This document shows, one piece after another, positions 10,337 through 18,695 of a stretch of DNA of 20,748 bases. The stretch lies in the NCBI GenBank assembly GCA_051748045.1, contig JBNJGY010000038.1, forward strand, positions 1 through 20,748, given 5' to 3'. The notes beneath the pieces are model-generated. The model saw only the letters and a program-made list of their open reading frames with translations, was not told the DNA's origin and did not search any database. Source of the DNA: Thermotogota bacterium (GTDB lineage: Bacteria > Thermotogota > Thermotogae > Petrotogales > Petrotogaceae). Every line of letters begins with the position of its first letter. Position 1 is the first letter of the stretch. A program made the translations under genes and the position numbers.

Positions 10337-11206
10337 TTGAGTTTAAACAAAAAAGATTATAAAAAAATTCATCAGTTCCAAAAAGATGAAATTACAGAAT
10401 ATCATATTTATAAGAAACTATCAAAAAGAGTAAAAGATGAAAACAACAAACAAATTCTTTCTGATATTGCAGAAGACGAAAAAAAACATTATGATTTCTG
10501 GGAAGACGTTTCAGGTAAAAAAATTTCTCCTAATTATATAAAAGTTTACTGGTTCTATTTTATTAGTGTTATTTTTGGTCTTGTTTTTGGAATTAAATTG
10601 ATGGAAAAAGGTGAAGAACAAGCTCAAGATGTTTATGGTGGTATTAAAAATAAAGTAAAAGGTGTAAAAGATATTATTGATGATGAAGACGATCACGAAG
10701 ACAAATTAATAGCTATGATAGATGATGATAGATTAAATTACGTTGGTTCTGTAGTTTTGGGGTTGAATGATGCATTAGTAGAATTAACTGGTACTTTAGC
10801 TGGTTTAACATTTGCTTTAAGGGATACAAATTTGATTGCTATTTCTGGTCTTATAACAGGTATAGCTGCTTCTTTTTCAATGGCAGCATCAGAATATCTA
10901 GCTAAAAAATCTGATGGCGCTGAAGATGCTTTCAAATCATCATTATACACTGGGTTAGCTTATATTATGACAGTAACATTCTTAGTACTACCTTATTTAT
11001 TAATTGATCATTATTTTATTTCTTTAATAGTGACATTAATAGTTGCTGTATTAGTAATAGTATTTTTTAATTTTTATATTGCCATCGCTAAAGATTTATC
11101 TTTTAAAAAGAGATTTTTAGAAATGTTCACAATAAGTATGGGTGTAGCAGTATTCTCCTTTTTAGTTGGTTATCTAGTAAGAATTATTTTTGGAGTAGAA
11201 ATATAA
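10337..11206 (+). CDS. Ferritin-like (rubrerythrin-type) domain fused to VIT1/CCC1 transporter
   Basis: N-terminal diiron-type motifs DEITEY, EDEKKH, EKGEE and DDEDDH; C-terminal VIT1 motifs LGLNDALVELTG and GIAASFSMAASEYL with about 5 TMs. TTG start after SD ggaggtg. Confidence 0.88.
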   Translation: MSLNKKDYKKIHQFQKDEITEYHIYKKLSKRVKDENNKQILSDIAEDEKKHYDFWEDVSGKKISPNYIKVYWFYFISVIFGLVFGIKLMEKGEEQAQDVYGGIKNKVKGVKDIIDDEDDHEDKLIAMIDDDRLNYVGSVVLGLNDALVELTGTLAGLTFALRDTNLIAISGLITGIAASFSMAASEYLAKKSDGAEDAFKSSLYTGLAYIMTVTFLVLPYLLIDHYFISLIVTLIVAVLVIVFFNFYIAIAKDLSFKKRFLEMFTISMGVAVFSFLVGYLVRIIFGVEI

Positions 11207-11213
11207 ATTTTAA

Positions 11214-11250
11214 AAAACTGACCTTCTTTTTATATAAGAAGGTCAGTTTT
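11214..11250. terminator. Bidirectional intrinsic terminator
   Basis: 15-bp perfect stem aaaactgaccttctt / aagaaggtcagtttt with a 7-nt loop, between convergent genes. Confidence 0.88.
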
Positions 11251-11251
11251 G

Positions 11252-13210
11252 TTATATTTTATATACATCTGTAATGTCTTTTAATTTTTTTGATATTTCA
11301 AGTAGATTTGAACTATCTGCATTAATCTTATGAGATAAAGCTTTTTCTTCTTTTGCTATTTCATGAATGCTCTCTATTTCTGTTTTTATATAATCTGTTT
11401 CTTCATATATTATTTCAGTGATATTTTTTAAAGATAATGATTTATCATTTTGAGTAACTGAGATATCTTTCATTTTACTTATCATATCATCCAGTAATTT
11501 AACTTCTAAAGAAATTTCTTTAAATTGTTTTTGAGCTTTTTCTAATGTTTTTGAAGAATTTGTAATTGCTTTTTCTGATTTTTTAGTTGCAATTTTTGAT
11601 TCCTCAGAATAAGCTTTAACATCTTTTAAAATATGAGAAATTTCTTCTGTGGCTTTTTTACTTTGATCAGCGAGTTTTCTTATTTCTCCAGCGACTACTG
11701 AAAAACCTTTCCCAGCGTCTCCTGCACGAGCTGCTTCGATAGAAGCATTAAGAGATAAAAGATTTGTTTGTTCTGTTATGGTGTTTATAGTATTTAGTAT
11801 ATTTTCTATTTCTAATGCATGATTAATCAACTCATTTACAGATTTTGAAGATACTTCGATATCTTCCACAGCATCATGTGTAATTTCAACTGTTTGTTTT
11901 AAATTTGATTCTCCTTTATCTGATAATTCTCCTACTTTATTCGAATATTCTTTTAAATCTTTTGAAAATCTTTCTAGTTCTGCTGAAGTATCAAAAATAT
12001 CATTTGAACTAATTTTTAATTCTTCAATCGAATTTTTGAATTCCAAAACTTTGTTACTTATATTCTCAGATTCTTTTGTAATAGTAGAAGAATTTGTTTT
12101 TAATGTTTTTGAAAATTCATGAAAATCATTTGAATTCTTTTTTATTTCACTAGAAATATCTTTTATTCTCTTTATATTGCTAGATAATGACATTCCCATA
12201 TCTTGTAATTCATTTGCTATTTTACCTGTTTCATCTTTTTGTTTAACTAAGAAATTTGTTTTTAAATCACCTTTTTTAAACTCGTGTATGTTTTTCATCA
12301 TACTAATAAGTGGTTTAGTTATAATATTACTAAGAAATATTGATATCACAATAAAAATAACTATCGCAATAATAAAAGTATATATCAATATTTCTGTCAA
12401 ATGACTAACTTCTCCAAATAGAACTTTATTTTCAATACTCAAAACAAGCTTCCATTTATTTGAGTTATCTATACTTCCATATAAAATAACATTATTTTTG
12501 TTATCGATAATTCCTTTTTCTTCATCTGAGTTAATAACTTTTTGTATAACCTCTTCATTTAGGTCATAATTATCTGGTTCAAAAAAGGTCTCTCCTTTTT
12601 TATCTAAAATAGTACCAAAACCATTTCCAGAAATATTAATCCCTTCTAACATTTCAACAATAGGCCTCATCTTTACAAAAACACCATAAAAACCTAATAA
12701 TCTATCTGTTCCTTCATAAGTATCTATTATTTCTAGAACAACATTAAAGCCTTTCTCTCCATTATCATTTATTTTTATTCCACTTACATAAGAATCTTTA
12801 CCTTCATTTACTATTGCATTGTAAAAATCACTTTTTGAATAATCTTGTTTTCCGTTATTAACTGACCAACCTGAACTTTTAACTCCTGAAACAAATACAT
12901 CATGATATCTATCTTTATTGTATTTATATGTATCAGCGAACTCATACTCTATCATACCCCAATCTTCCATTATAGCAGCATCTTGTATTAACCAACTAGT
13001 ATCCAAATATTTTCTTAAGTCTGTCTTTACGCTATTTAAGTATGTTGATATTTCAGAAGACATTGAAACAACTATCTCTGTACTTAAAGTTTCGGTAAGA
13101 TTTTTGGCTATTTCAGTTGTTTGTGTATTGGTTATTAAAAATATAACTGCAAAAAAAAGAATTAATACTAAAGAAAAAATAAAAGTAATTTTTTGACTAA
13201 GCTTTTTCAA
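11252..13210 (-). CDS. Methyl-accepting chemotaxis protein (long, probably dCache sensor, HAMP)
   Basis: TM, ~240-aa sensor, TM, HAMP (QKDETGKIA); hairpin [41 protein letters not shown] start after SD aggagg (13218-13223). Confidence 0.9.
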   Translation of the reverse strand: MKKLSQKITFIFSLVLILFFAVIFLITNTQTTEIAKNLTETLSTEIVVSMSSEISTYLNSVKTDLRKYLDTSWLIQDAAIMEDWGMIEYEFADTYKYNKDRYHDVFVSGVKSSGWSVNNGKQDYSKSDFYNAIVNEGKDSYVSGIKINDNGEKGFNVVLEIIDTYEGTDRLLGFYGVFVKMRPIVEMLEGINISGNGFGTILDKKGETFFEPDNYDLNEEVIQKVINSDEEKGIIDNKNNVILYGSIDNSNKWKLVLSIENKVLFGEVSHLTEILIYTFIIAIVIFIVISIFLSNIITKPLISMMKNIHEFKKGDLKTNFLVKQKDETGKIANELQDMGMSLSSNIKRIKDISSEIKKNSNDFHEFSKTLKTNSSTITKESENISNKVLEFKNSIEELKISSNDIFDTSAELERFSKDLKEYSNKVGELSDKGESNLKQTVEITHDAVEDIEVSSKSVNELINHALEIENILNTINTITEQTNLLSLNASIEAARAGDAGKGFSVVAGEIRKLADQSKKATEEISHILKDVKAYSEESKIATKKSEKAITNSSKTLEKAQKQFKEISLEVKLLDDMISKMKDISVTQNDKSLSLKNITEIIYEETDYIKTEIESIHEIAKEEKALSHKINADSSNLLEISKKLKDITDVYKI

Positions 13211-13241
13211 TTGATTTCCTCCTATGTTTTATTTATAATTA

Positions 13242-14531
13242 TTACAATTCGTTCCATAAATTTTCTATCTGCTTTTCATATTTCAAGAATGTTTTCAATA
13301 TTAAATCAGAAAAATGTTTTTTATTTGTTCTTTGGTCTCCCTTTGAAATAATATTAATTGTCTTTTTATGATCGAATCCATCCTTATATGGTCTTTTACT
13401 TCTAAGGGCATCATAAATGTCTATGATTGATACTATTTGAGCTTCTATAGGTATTTCTTCTCCTTTTAATTTAAAAGGATAACCTGTTCCATCATATTTT
13501 TCATGGTGATACAAAGCAATGTTCAATGCTGTTTTAAAATATTTTGTATCTAACAATTTTTTTGCAAAAATTGTATGTTTTTTCATTTCTTCGAACTCAT
13601 CCTCATCTAATTTTCCTGGTTTTTTAAGTATCTCAGGGGAAATAAAAATTTTTCCTATATCATGTAATGGTGAAAAAACAGCAATTTCTTCTATCATTTC
13701 TTTAGATAAATTCATTTTTTTTGCTAAAAACTTTGAAAGTCTTCCGACTCTATAAATATGACTTCCAGTAATATCATCATAACCCTCAGCTATCATTGCT
13801 AGTTTATTGGTAAATTTCACATATGCCTTTTTTAATTTATCTCTTTCAACTTTTTGGTTTAAGTATGATGAGGCCAGATTTAAGAATGACTCTAATATTT
13901 TTTTTGAATTTTCATCAAAATTTTGCTTAGAAAAATAAGGAATGTCTAAACTTATAGAAAGATTTAATCTCTCATCAATATCAATAGATCCAATTAGAGA
14001 GCTCTTACTTGGTTTTGTACCATACCCAAACTTTTTATGTGTTTCTCTATCCATAAATTTGCCCATTCTATCAAGCAAATTGTCATAAATTTTCACTTCA
14101 TTTGAACTAATTTTATTATTACTGTTTAAATTTAATTTATTTAAGTATTCAATGTCATGGCCAATAGCGGATAAAAACCTCCAACCTTTTTCATCACTGA
14201 TTGAAACACTGCCATACTGTGCCTCTGGAACTAGGAATAATATTGTTTTTAATAATTTATCATAATATTTATTAACTGATAAATTTTTATTGTTTAAATC
14301 AGACAAAATATTTATTAGTAAATATAATTTTTCACTAAGTTGATTGTTTTCTTGATAATACTCTTCCAGATCTTTATTCATTTCTTCTAACTCTTCTTCA
14401 TGATTTTTGATTTCTTTAATTTTATATCTAAGATCTCTCGCTTGCTTCTCTATTTTGTTCTTCGATATAAACAAAAATATAATTAAAATAAATACAATTA
14501 TTGAAAATACAATTAGAATAAAATTTATCAT
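13242..14531 (-). CDS. Membrane-anchored HD-GYP phosphodiesterase (TM - coiled coil - GAF-like - HD-GYP)
   Basis: Motifs TGSHIYRV, LHDIGK, KKHT, HHEKYDGTGYP and DIYDALRSKRPYK; N-terminal hydrophobic helix then coiled coil. SD ggagg. Confidence 0.9.
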   Translation of the reverse strand: MINFILIVFSIIVFILIIFLFISKNKIEKQARDLRYKIKEIKNHEEELEEMNKDLEEYYQENNQLSEKLYLLINILSDLNNKNLSVNKYYDKLLKTILFLVPEAQYGSVSISDEKGWRFLSAIGHDIEYLNKLNLNSNNKISSNEVKIYDNLLDRMGKFMDRETHKKFGYGTKPSKSSLIGSIDIDERLNLSISLDIPYFSKQNFDENSKKILESFLNLASSYLNQKVERDKLKKAYVKFTNKLAMIAEGYDDITGSHIYRVGRLSKFLAKKMNLSKEMIEEIAVFSPLHDIGKIFISPEILKKPGKLDEDEFEEMKKHTIFAKKLLDTKYFKTALNIALYHHEKYDGTGYPFKLKGEEIPIEAQIVSIIDIYDALRSKRPYKDGFDHKKTINIISKGDQRTNKKHFSDLILKTFLKYEKQIENLWNEL

Positions 14532-14690
14532 TTAAAGCCTCCAGAATATAAACTATCTTAATAATACTTCCAAAATATTTGATTATTATATGAAAATATT
14601 TAGAAATATAAAGAAATGTTTTTTAACACTTCTTTCTTGAGTGAACTCCATGTTTTTCTTAATGTTTACATAAAAATGTTTTTTTAGTAT

Positions 14691-14721
14691 TTGACTTGGA
14701 GTTATATCAATGAAGTATAAT
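14691..14721 (+). promoter_or_regulatory. Putative promoter with 19-bp spacer (MerR-type geometry)
   Basis: TTGACT (14691-14696), 19-bp spacer, TATAAT (14716-14721). An imperfect dyad cttggagttatatcaatg overlaps the -35 and spacer. Confidence 0.5.
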
Positions 14722-14727
14722 TATATT

Positions 14728-14796
14728 AGTTGACAAGGGGATGGGTAAAAAGACATAGGTCTTTTTCCTTAAGAGGGCTTAGGCCCTCTTTTTTAT
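14728..14796 (+). ncRNA. Candidate small RNA or attenuator leader upstream of pdxK
   Basis: Starts about 7 nt after TATAAT; hairpin aaaaagac-atag-gtcttttt (14747-14766) followed by a terminator hairpin. No Rfam family recognised by eye. Confidence 0.4.
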
Positions 14797-14801
14797 TTTT
14801 T
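14771..14801 (+). terminator. Intrinsic terminator in the divergent HD-GYP/pdxK intergenic region
   Basis: aagagggc-ttag-gccctctt (14771-14790) followed by ttttatttttt. No CDS ends upstream of it on this strand. Confidence 0.8.
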
Positions 14802-14869
14802 ATTTGATAGAAAATAATATATAATTGAATTGTTAAAATATTATGGTTAAAGAAGGTAGGGTTTTAATA

Positions 14870-15739
14870 ATGAAGAGAAATATAAAAAGAGTAGCAGCAA
14901 TACATGATTTATCTGGATTTGGAAGAGCTTCTTTATCTGTTGTAACTCCCATTTTGTCAACAATGGAAATACAGGTTTGTGCTATACCAACAGCAGTTTT
15001 ATCAACACATACAGAATATAAAGGCTATACTTTTGTGGATTTGACAGATTCTATGCCTGCTTACATTGAGCATTGGAAAAAACTAAATTTAAAATTTGAT
15101 GGAATTTATTCAGGTTTTCTCGGTTCAGTAAAACAGATAGAGATTATAACCGATTTTATAAAAGACTTTAAAGATGATAAAACCTTAGTTGTAATTGATC
15201 CAGTTATGGCTGATAATGGGAAATTATACGACACTATGGATCAAAAAATGGTTGAAAGCATGAGAGAGTTTATAATGAATGCAGATATAATAACCCCTAA
15301 TTATACAGAAGCAAGTTATTTACTGGGAGAAGATTATAATCTAGAAATATCTATTGAAGAAATTAAAAGATGGTTAAAAAACTTATCTGATTTGGGGCCA
15401 GATATAGTTGTTATGACAAGTGTTCCTGAAAAAGATAAATCTAAAGAGACAGCAGTAGTTGCATATAATAAAAAAGATGAAAAATTTTGGAAAGTTAGTT
15501 GTGAATACATTCCAGCATTTTATCCAGGTACAGGAGATATGTTCACGAGTGTCGTGGTAGGAAGTATTTTAGACGGGGATTCTCTACCAATAGCAATAGA
15601 TAGAGGAGTTAACTTCATTACTGCAGCCATCAGACAAAGTTATGGTCATGATTATCCACAAATAGAAGGTGTGTTACTTGAGAAAGTATTAACTCATTTA
15701 AAAATGCCTGTAATGATTTCCTCATATGAGCTAATGTGA
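14870..15739 (+). CDS. pdxK: Pyridoxal/pyridoxamine kinase (ribokinase superfamily)
   Basis: Motifs AAIHDLSGFGRASL, PTAVLSTHT, IYSGFLGS, IDPVMADNG, ITPNYTEA and anion hole GTGDMF. Start ATG 14870 preferred over 14843; extended -10 TGTTAAAAT at 14831-14839. Confidence 0.88.
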   Translation: MKRNIKRVAAIHDLSGFGRASLSVVTPILSTMEIQVCAIPTAVLSTHTEYKGYTFVDLTDSMPAYIEHWKKLNLKFDGIYSGFLGSVKQIEIITDFIKDFKDDKTLVVIDPVMADNGKLYDTMDQKMVESMREFIMNADIITPNYTEASYLLGEDYNLEISIEEIKRWLKNLSDLGPDIVVMTSVPEKDKSKETAVVAYNKKDEKFWKVSCEYIPAFYPGTGDMFTSVVVGSILDGDSLPIAIDRGVNFITAAIRQSYGHDYPQIEGVLLEKVLTHLKMPVMISSYELM

Positions 15740-15758
15740 GCTTTATAAAAAAGCTCAC
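15736..15758. terminator. Probable bidirectional terminator
   Basis: Stem gtgagcttt / aaagctcac containing the TGA stop codons of both convergent genes. Confidence 0.6.
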
Positions 15759-16087
15759 TTTTTTAATATTGTATACAAGAAACTACTGATTCCAAAACCC
15801 CATATTAACCATGAATAAGGAATTCCAAAAAAAACTAAATTAGCACCAAGAATAGTGATAATAAAGGATGCTCCAAAATATAAAGGATTTTTTTCAGTAG
15901 AACTTAACATAGGTAATTTTTCTATAAAAAGAAAAATAATAGATAAAAATATGGCTGCTGAAGTAGATAAAAAAACAAAAGTAAAAAAATATTGGTTGGC
16001 AAATATAGTTAAAATACCAACAGCAAGAAATGCAGTTAAGACCAATATAAGAACAGCTTTCCACATTTTCACTAATCCATTATCCAT
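15755..16087 (-). CDS. Small integral membrane protein (about 4 TM), unknown function
   Basis: 110-aa hydrophobic ORF filling the gap between pdxK and the first MerR gene. SD aaggagag upstream. Confidence 0.7.
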   Translation of the reverse strand: MDNGLVKMWKAVLILVLTAFLAVGILTIFANQYFFTFVFLSTSAAIFLSIIFLFIEKLPMLSSTEKNPLYFGASFIITILGANLVFFGIPYSWLIWGFGISSFLYTILKK

Positions 16088-16159
16088 AAAAAACTCTCCT
16101 TTTAAATTAATTTATAAATAAATTATAACAGAAGTAATAAAACAGCAATGTAGATTTAA

Positions 16160-16168
16160 TGATATAAT
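16160..16168 (+). promoter_or_regulatory. Extended -10 promoter for the MerR-aminopeptidase-MerR operon
   Basis: Consensus TGATATAAT, 33 bp before ATG 16202. SD gggggg at 16190-16195. Confidence 0.55.
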
Positions 16169-16201
16169 ATTTTCAAAGGGATATAAATTGGGGGGATTAT
16201 T

Positions 16202-17437
16202 ATGAAAATTAGTGATTTTTCTAGAAAATATGGAGTTCCAGTTGATACAATAAGGTATTATATTGATTCGAGTTTACTTACACCACAAAAGATTCATAAT
16301 AGATATGTTTTTGATGAAGTAACAGAAGAACAAATGGAACAAATACTAGAATTAAAAGAATTACAATTTACAATCTCAGAAATATCAAAAATTTTATCAA
16401 TAGAAAGAATAAATCAAATCATGTCAAAACGAAAAAGAGATTATTTTCATAAATTTTTCACAGAAAAATATAATGATTTAATCCAAGAAAAAACTAAAAT
16501 AGAGGAAGCAATAAATATAATAAAAAATAAATTAAGTGATTTAAACAAAATAGAATTAAAAAATGAAACAAAAATCGGGTTTCCTATAAAAAATATAAAC
16601 TTAATTTCATGTCCAAAATGTAATTCAAACCTCTCTTTAAATGCAGATAAAATTGAAAATAATCAAATTTTTAGCGGTGAATTAAATTGTCAATGCGGAT
16701 TTGAAGTTGAAATTGATGATGGGATATTAATCTTTGAAGGAGCAGATAAAAGCTCAAAACATGAAGATCTAGAAAAAGAAATTGAAGATTTTTACAATAA
16801 AGATTCAACACCAAGATTCACAAGTGCTTTTTATAAGGGATTAACTTGGATTAGAAAAGAATTGTTAGAAAATATGTCTGAAGATAAAATTATATTAGAG
16901 TTATCAGCTGCAACTGGATTTTTACCTTTTTATAAAAGAGATAATGATAAAAACAATATATACATAATAAATCAACAGCATTTAGCTTTTACTAAATATT
17001 TAAAAAATAATTTAAATGACCAAACTGAAACATTGGATAATATCATTTTTACAGTTGGCAACATGAATAGTCTCCCTATTAAAAAAAATATTATAGATTA
17101 TGTAGTAGATATTTTTGCAACCTCGAACGCTCTCGCTGGAAAGGATCATATACCCGCAGACGTTGTTAAAAAATATATGAGTGAAAATTCTCTTTTTATT
17201 TCTCTAGACGTTTATTTTGATGAATGGGCAAAAAGTCTTAAAAAATTTGACGTTGAAGAAAGAAAGTTCTTCACTAAACCTAGTAAAGATAATTTATATA
17301 AAGAGGCAGGTTTCGAAAATCATAAGTCAACTATAATAGACACTTTGGTAGAAACAGGATCTCACGCGACAGTTCATTTAACTGGTGAAAAATTCTATAT
17401 TTATACACATATAAAAAAACGAAAAAAGGAGTTGTAA
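16202..17437 (+). CDS. MerR-family regulator with Zn-ribbon and degenerate class I methyltransferase fold (paralog 1)
   Basis: MerR HTH (MKISDFSRKYGVPVDTIRYY...LLTP), coiled coil, C137/C140/C163/C165, motif-I-like IILELSAATG, and GNMNSLPIKKNIIDYV. Confidence 0.82.
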   Translation: MKISDFSRKYGVPVDTIRYYIDSSLLTPQKIHNRYVFDEVTEEQMEQILELKELQFTISEISKILSIERINQIMSKRKRDYFHKFFTEKYNDLIQEKTKIEEAINIIKNKLSDLNKIELKNETKIGFPIKNINLISCPKCNSNLSLNADKIENNQIFSGELNCQCGFEVEIDDGILIFEGADKSSKHEDLEKEIEDFYNKDSTPRFTSAFYKGLTWIRKELLENMSEDKIILELSAATGFLPFYKRDNDKNNIYIINQQHLAFTKYLKNNLNDQTETLDNIIFTVGNMNSLPIKKNIIDYVVDIFATSNALAGKDHIPADVVKKYMSENSLFISLDVYFDEWAKSLKKFDVEERKFFTKPSKDNLYKEAGFENHKSTIIDTLVETGSHATVHLTGEKFYIYTHIKKRKKEL

Positions 17438-18676
17438 ATGTTGAAAAACTTTAAAGAAAAATTAGAAAAATACGCAGAAGTTGCTATTAAAAACGGAGTA
17501 AATATTCAAAGAGGTCAAAAATTAGTAATTAATGCTCCTATTGATTCAGCTGATTTTGTTAGACTGTTACAAGAAAAAGCTTATGAAACTGGAGCTGCAA
17601 ATGTTTATGTAGAATGGAAAGACGAAAAAAGTTCACTTATAAAATACAAAAAAGCACCTGATAGTGCTTTTGAGGAATTCCCTGAATGGAAAGCTGAAGG
17701 CTTTAAAAAATTAGCAGAAGAAGGAGCTGCTTTTTTAAGTGTTGTTGCATCTGATCCTGATCTTTTAAAAGGTGTTGATCCGAAAAGGATAGCAAAATGG
17801 CAAAAAACAGCCTCTCAAGCAACAAAAGGTTATAGAGAAATTGTTATGAGTGGAAAAACTTCTTGGTCTGTGGTTTCTACTGCAACTGACGCCTGGGCAA
17901 AAAAAGTTTTTCCTGAATTAGAAAAAGAAGAAAGAGTTGAAAAACTATGGGATAAAATATTTCAAGCAACAAGAATTGATCAAGATGACCCTGTAAAAGC
18001 ATGGGAAGATCACATGAACAATTTAACAGAAAAGCTTAAAATCTTAAATGAAGATAACTTTAAAACACTTCATTTCAAAAATTCAAAAACTGATTTAAAA
18101 GTAGGACTAGCTGATGATCATGTATGGATTGGCGGCGGGATGATAAATAGAAGAAATAATGCAAGATATATCCCAAATATGCCTACAGAAGAAGTTTTTA
18201 CTTCACCTCATAAAAATCATGTTAATGGGATAGTTTATTCTTCAATACCTCTTAATTACGGAGGTAATCTGATAGAAGGGTTTTATTTAAAATTTGAAAA
18301 TGGAGAAATAGTTGACTTTGGAGCAGATAAAAACGAAGATATTTTAAAAGATTTAATAGATACAGACGAAGGTTCAAAACATATTGGAGAAGTGGCTCTT
18401 GTACCAGTGGATTCGCCAATTTCTAACACAAACATTTTATTTTTTAATACATTATATGACGAAAATGCTTCCTGTCATTTAGCTATTGGTAGAGCATACC
18501 CATATACCATAGAAAAAGGAACTGATATGACAAAAGAAGAATTAGAAAAAAAAGGTGCTAATGATAGTTTAACTCATGTCGATTTTATGATAGGAACAAA
18601 AGACATGGAAATTACTGGAATAAAAGAAAACGGTGAAACAAAACAGATATTTAAAAATGGAAATTGGGTAATTTAG
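17438..18676 (+). CDS. ampS: Aminopeptidase, peptidase M29 (AmpS/aminopeptidase II)
   Basis: Motifs GVNIQRGQ, NMPTEEVFTSP, IGEVALV, NTLYDENASCHLAIG and NDSLTHVDFMIG. ATG directly follows the upstream TAA; SD AAGGAG lies inside the upstream gene end. Confidence 0.92.
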   Translation: MLKNFKEKLEKYAEVAIKNGVNIQRGQKLVINAPIDSADFVRLLQEKAYETGAANVYVEWKDEKSSLIKYKKAPDSAFEEFPEWKAEGFKKLAEEGAAFLSVVASDPDLLKGVDPKRIAKWQKTASQATKGYREIVMSGKTSWSVVSTATDAWAKKVFPELEKEERVEKLWDKIFQATRIDQDDPVKAWEDHMNNLTEKLKILNEDNFKTLHFKNSKTDLKVGLADDHVWIGGGMINRRNNARYIPNMPTEEVFTSPHKNHVNGIVYSSIPLNYGGNLIEGFYLKFENGEIVDFGADKNEDILKDLIDTDEGSKHIGEVALVPVDSPISNTNILFFNTLYDENASCHLAIGRAYPYTIEKGTDMTKEELEKKGANDSLTHVDFMIGTKDMEITGIKENGETKQIFKNGNWVI

Positions 18677-18695
18677 ATATATTTGGGGGGACAAC

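Noticed and set aside
14650-14684. atgttt repeats resembling the core of the heptamer-armed element
   Set aside because: No GTTGGAA arms, and the similarity is limited to short AT-rich words; likely chance or an unprovable remnant.
14728-14801. Known riboswitch (TPP, fluoride, preQ1, c-di-GMP) or translated leader peptide MGKKT as a called feature
   Set aside because: Diagnostic motifs such as TPP CTGAGA are absent, and the G-run directly abuts the ATG so SD spacing is poor. Kept only as an unclassified candidate RNA.
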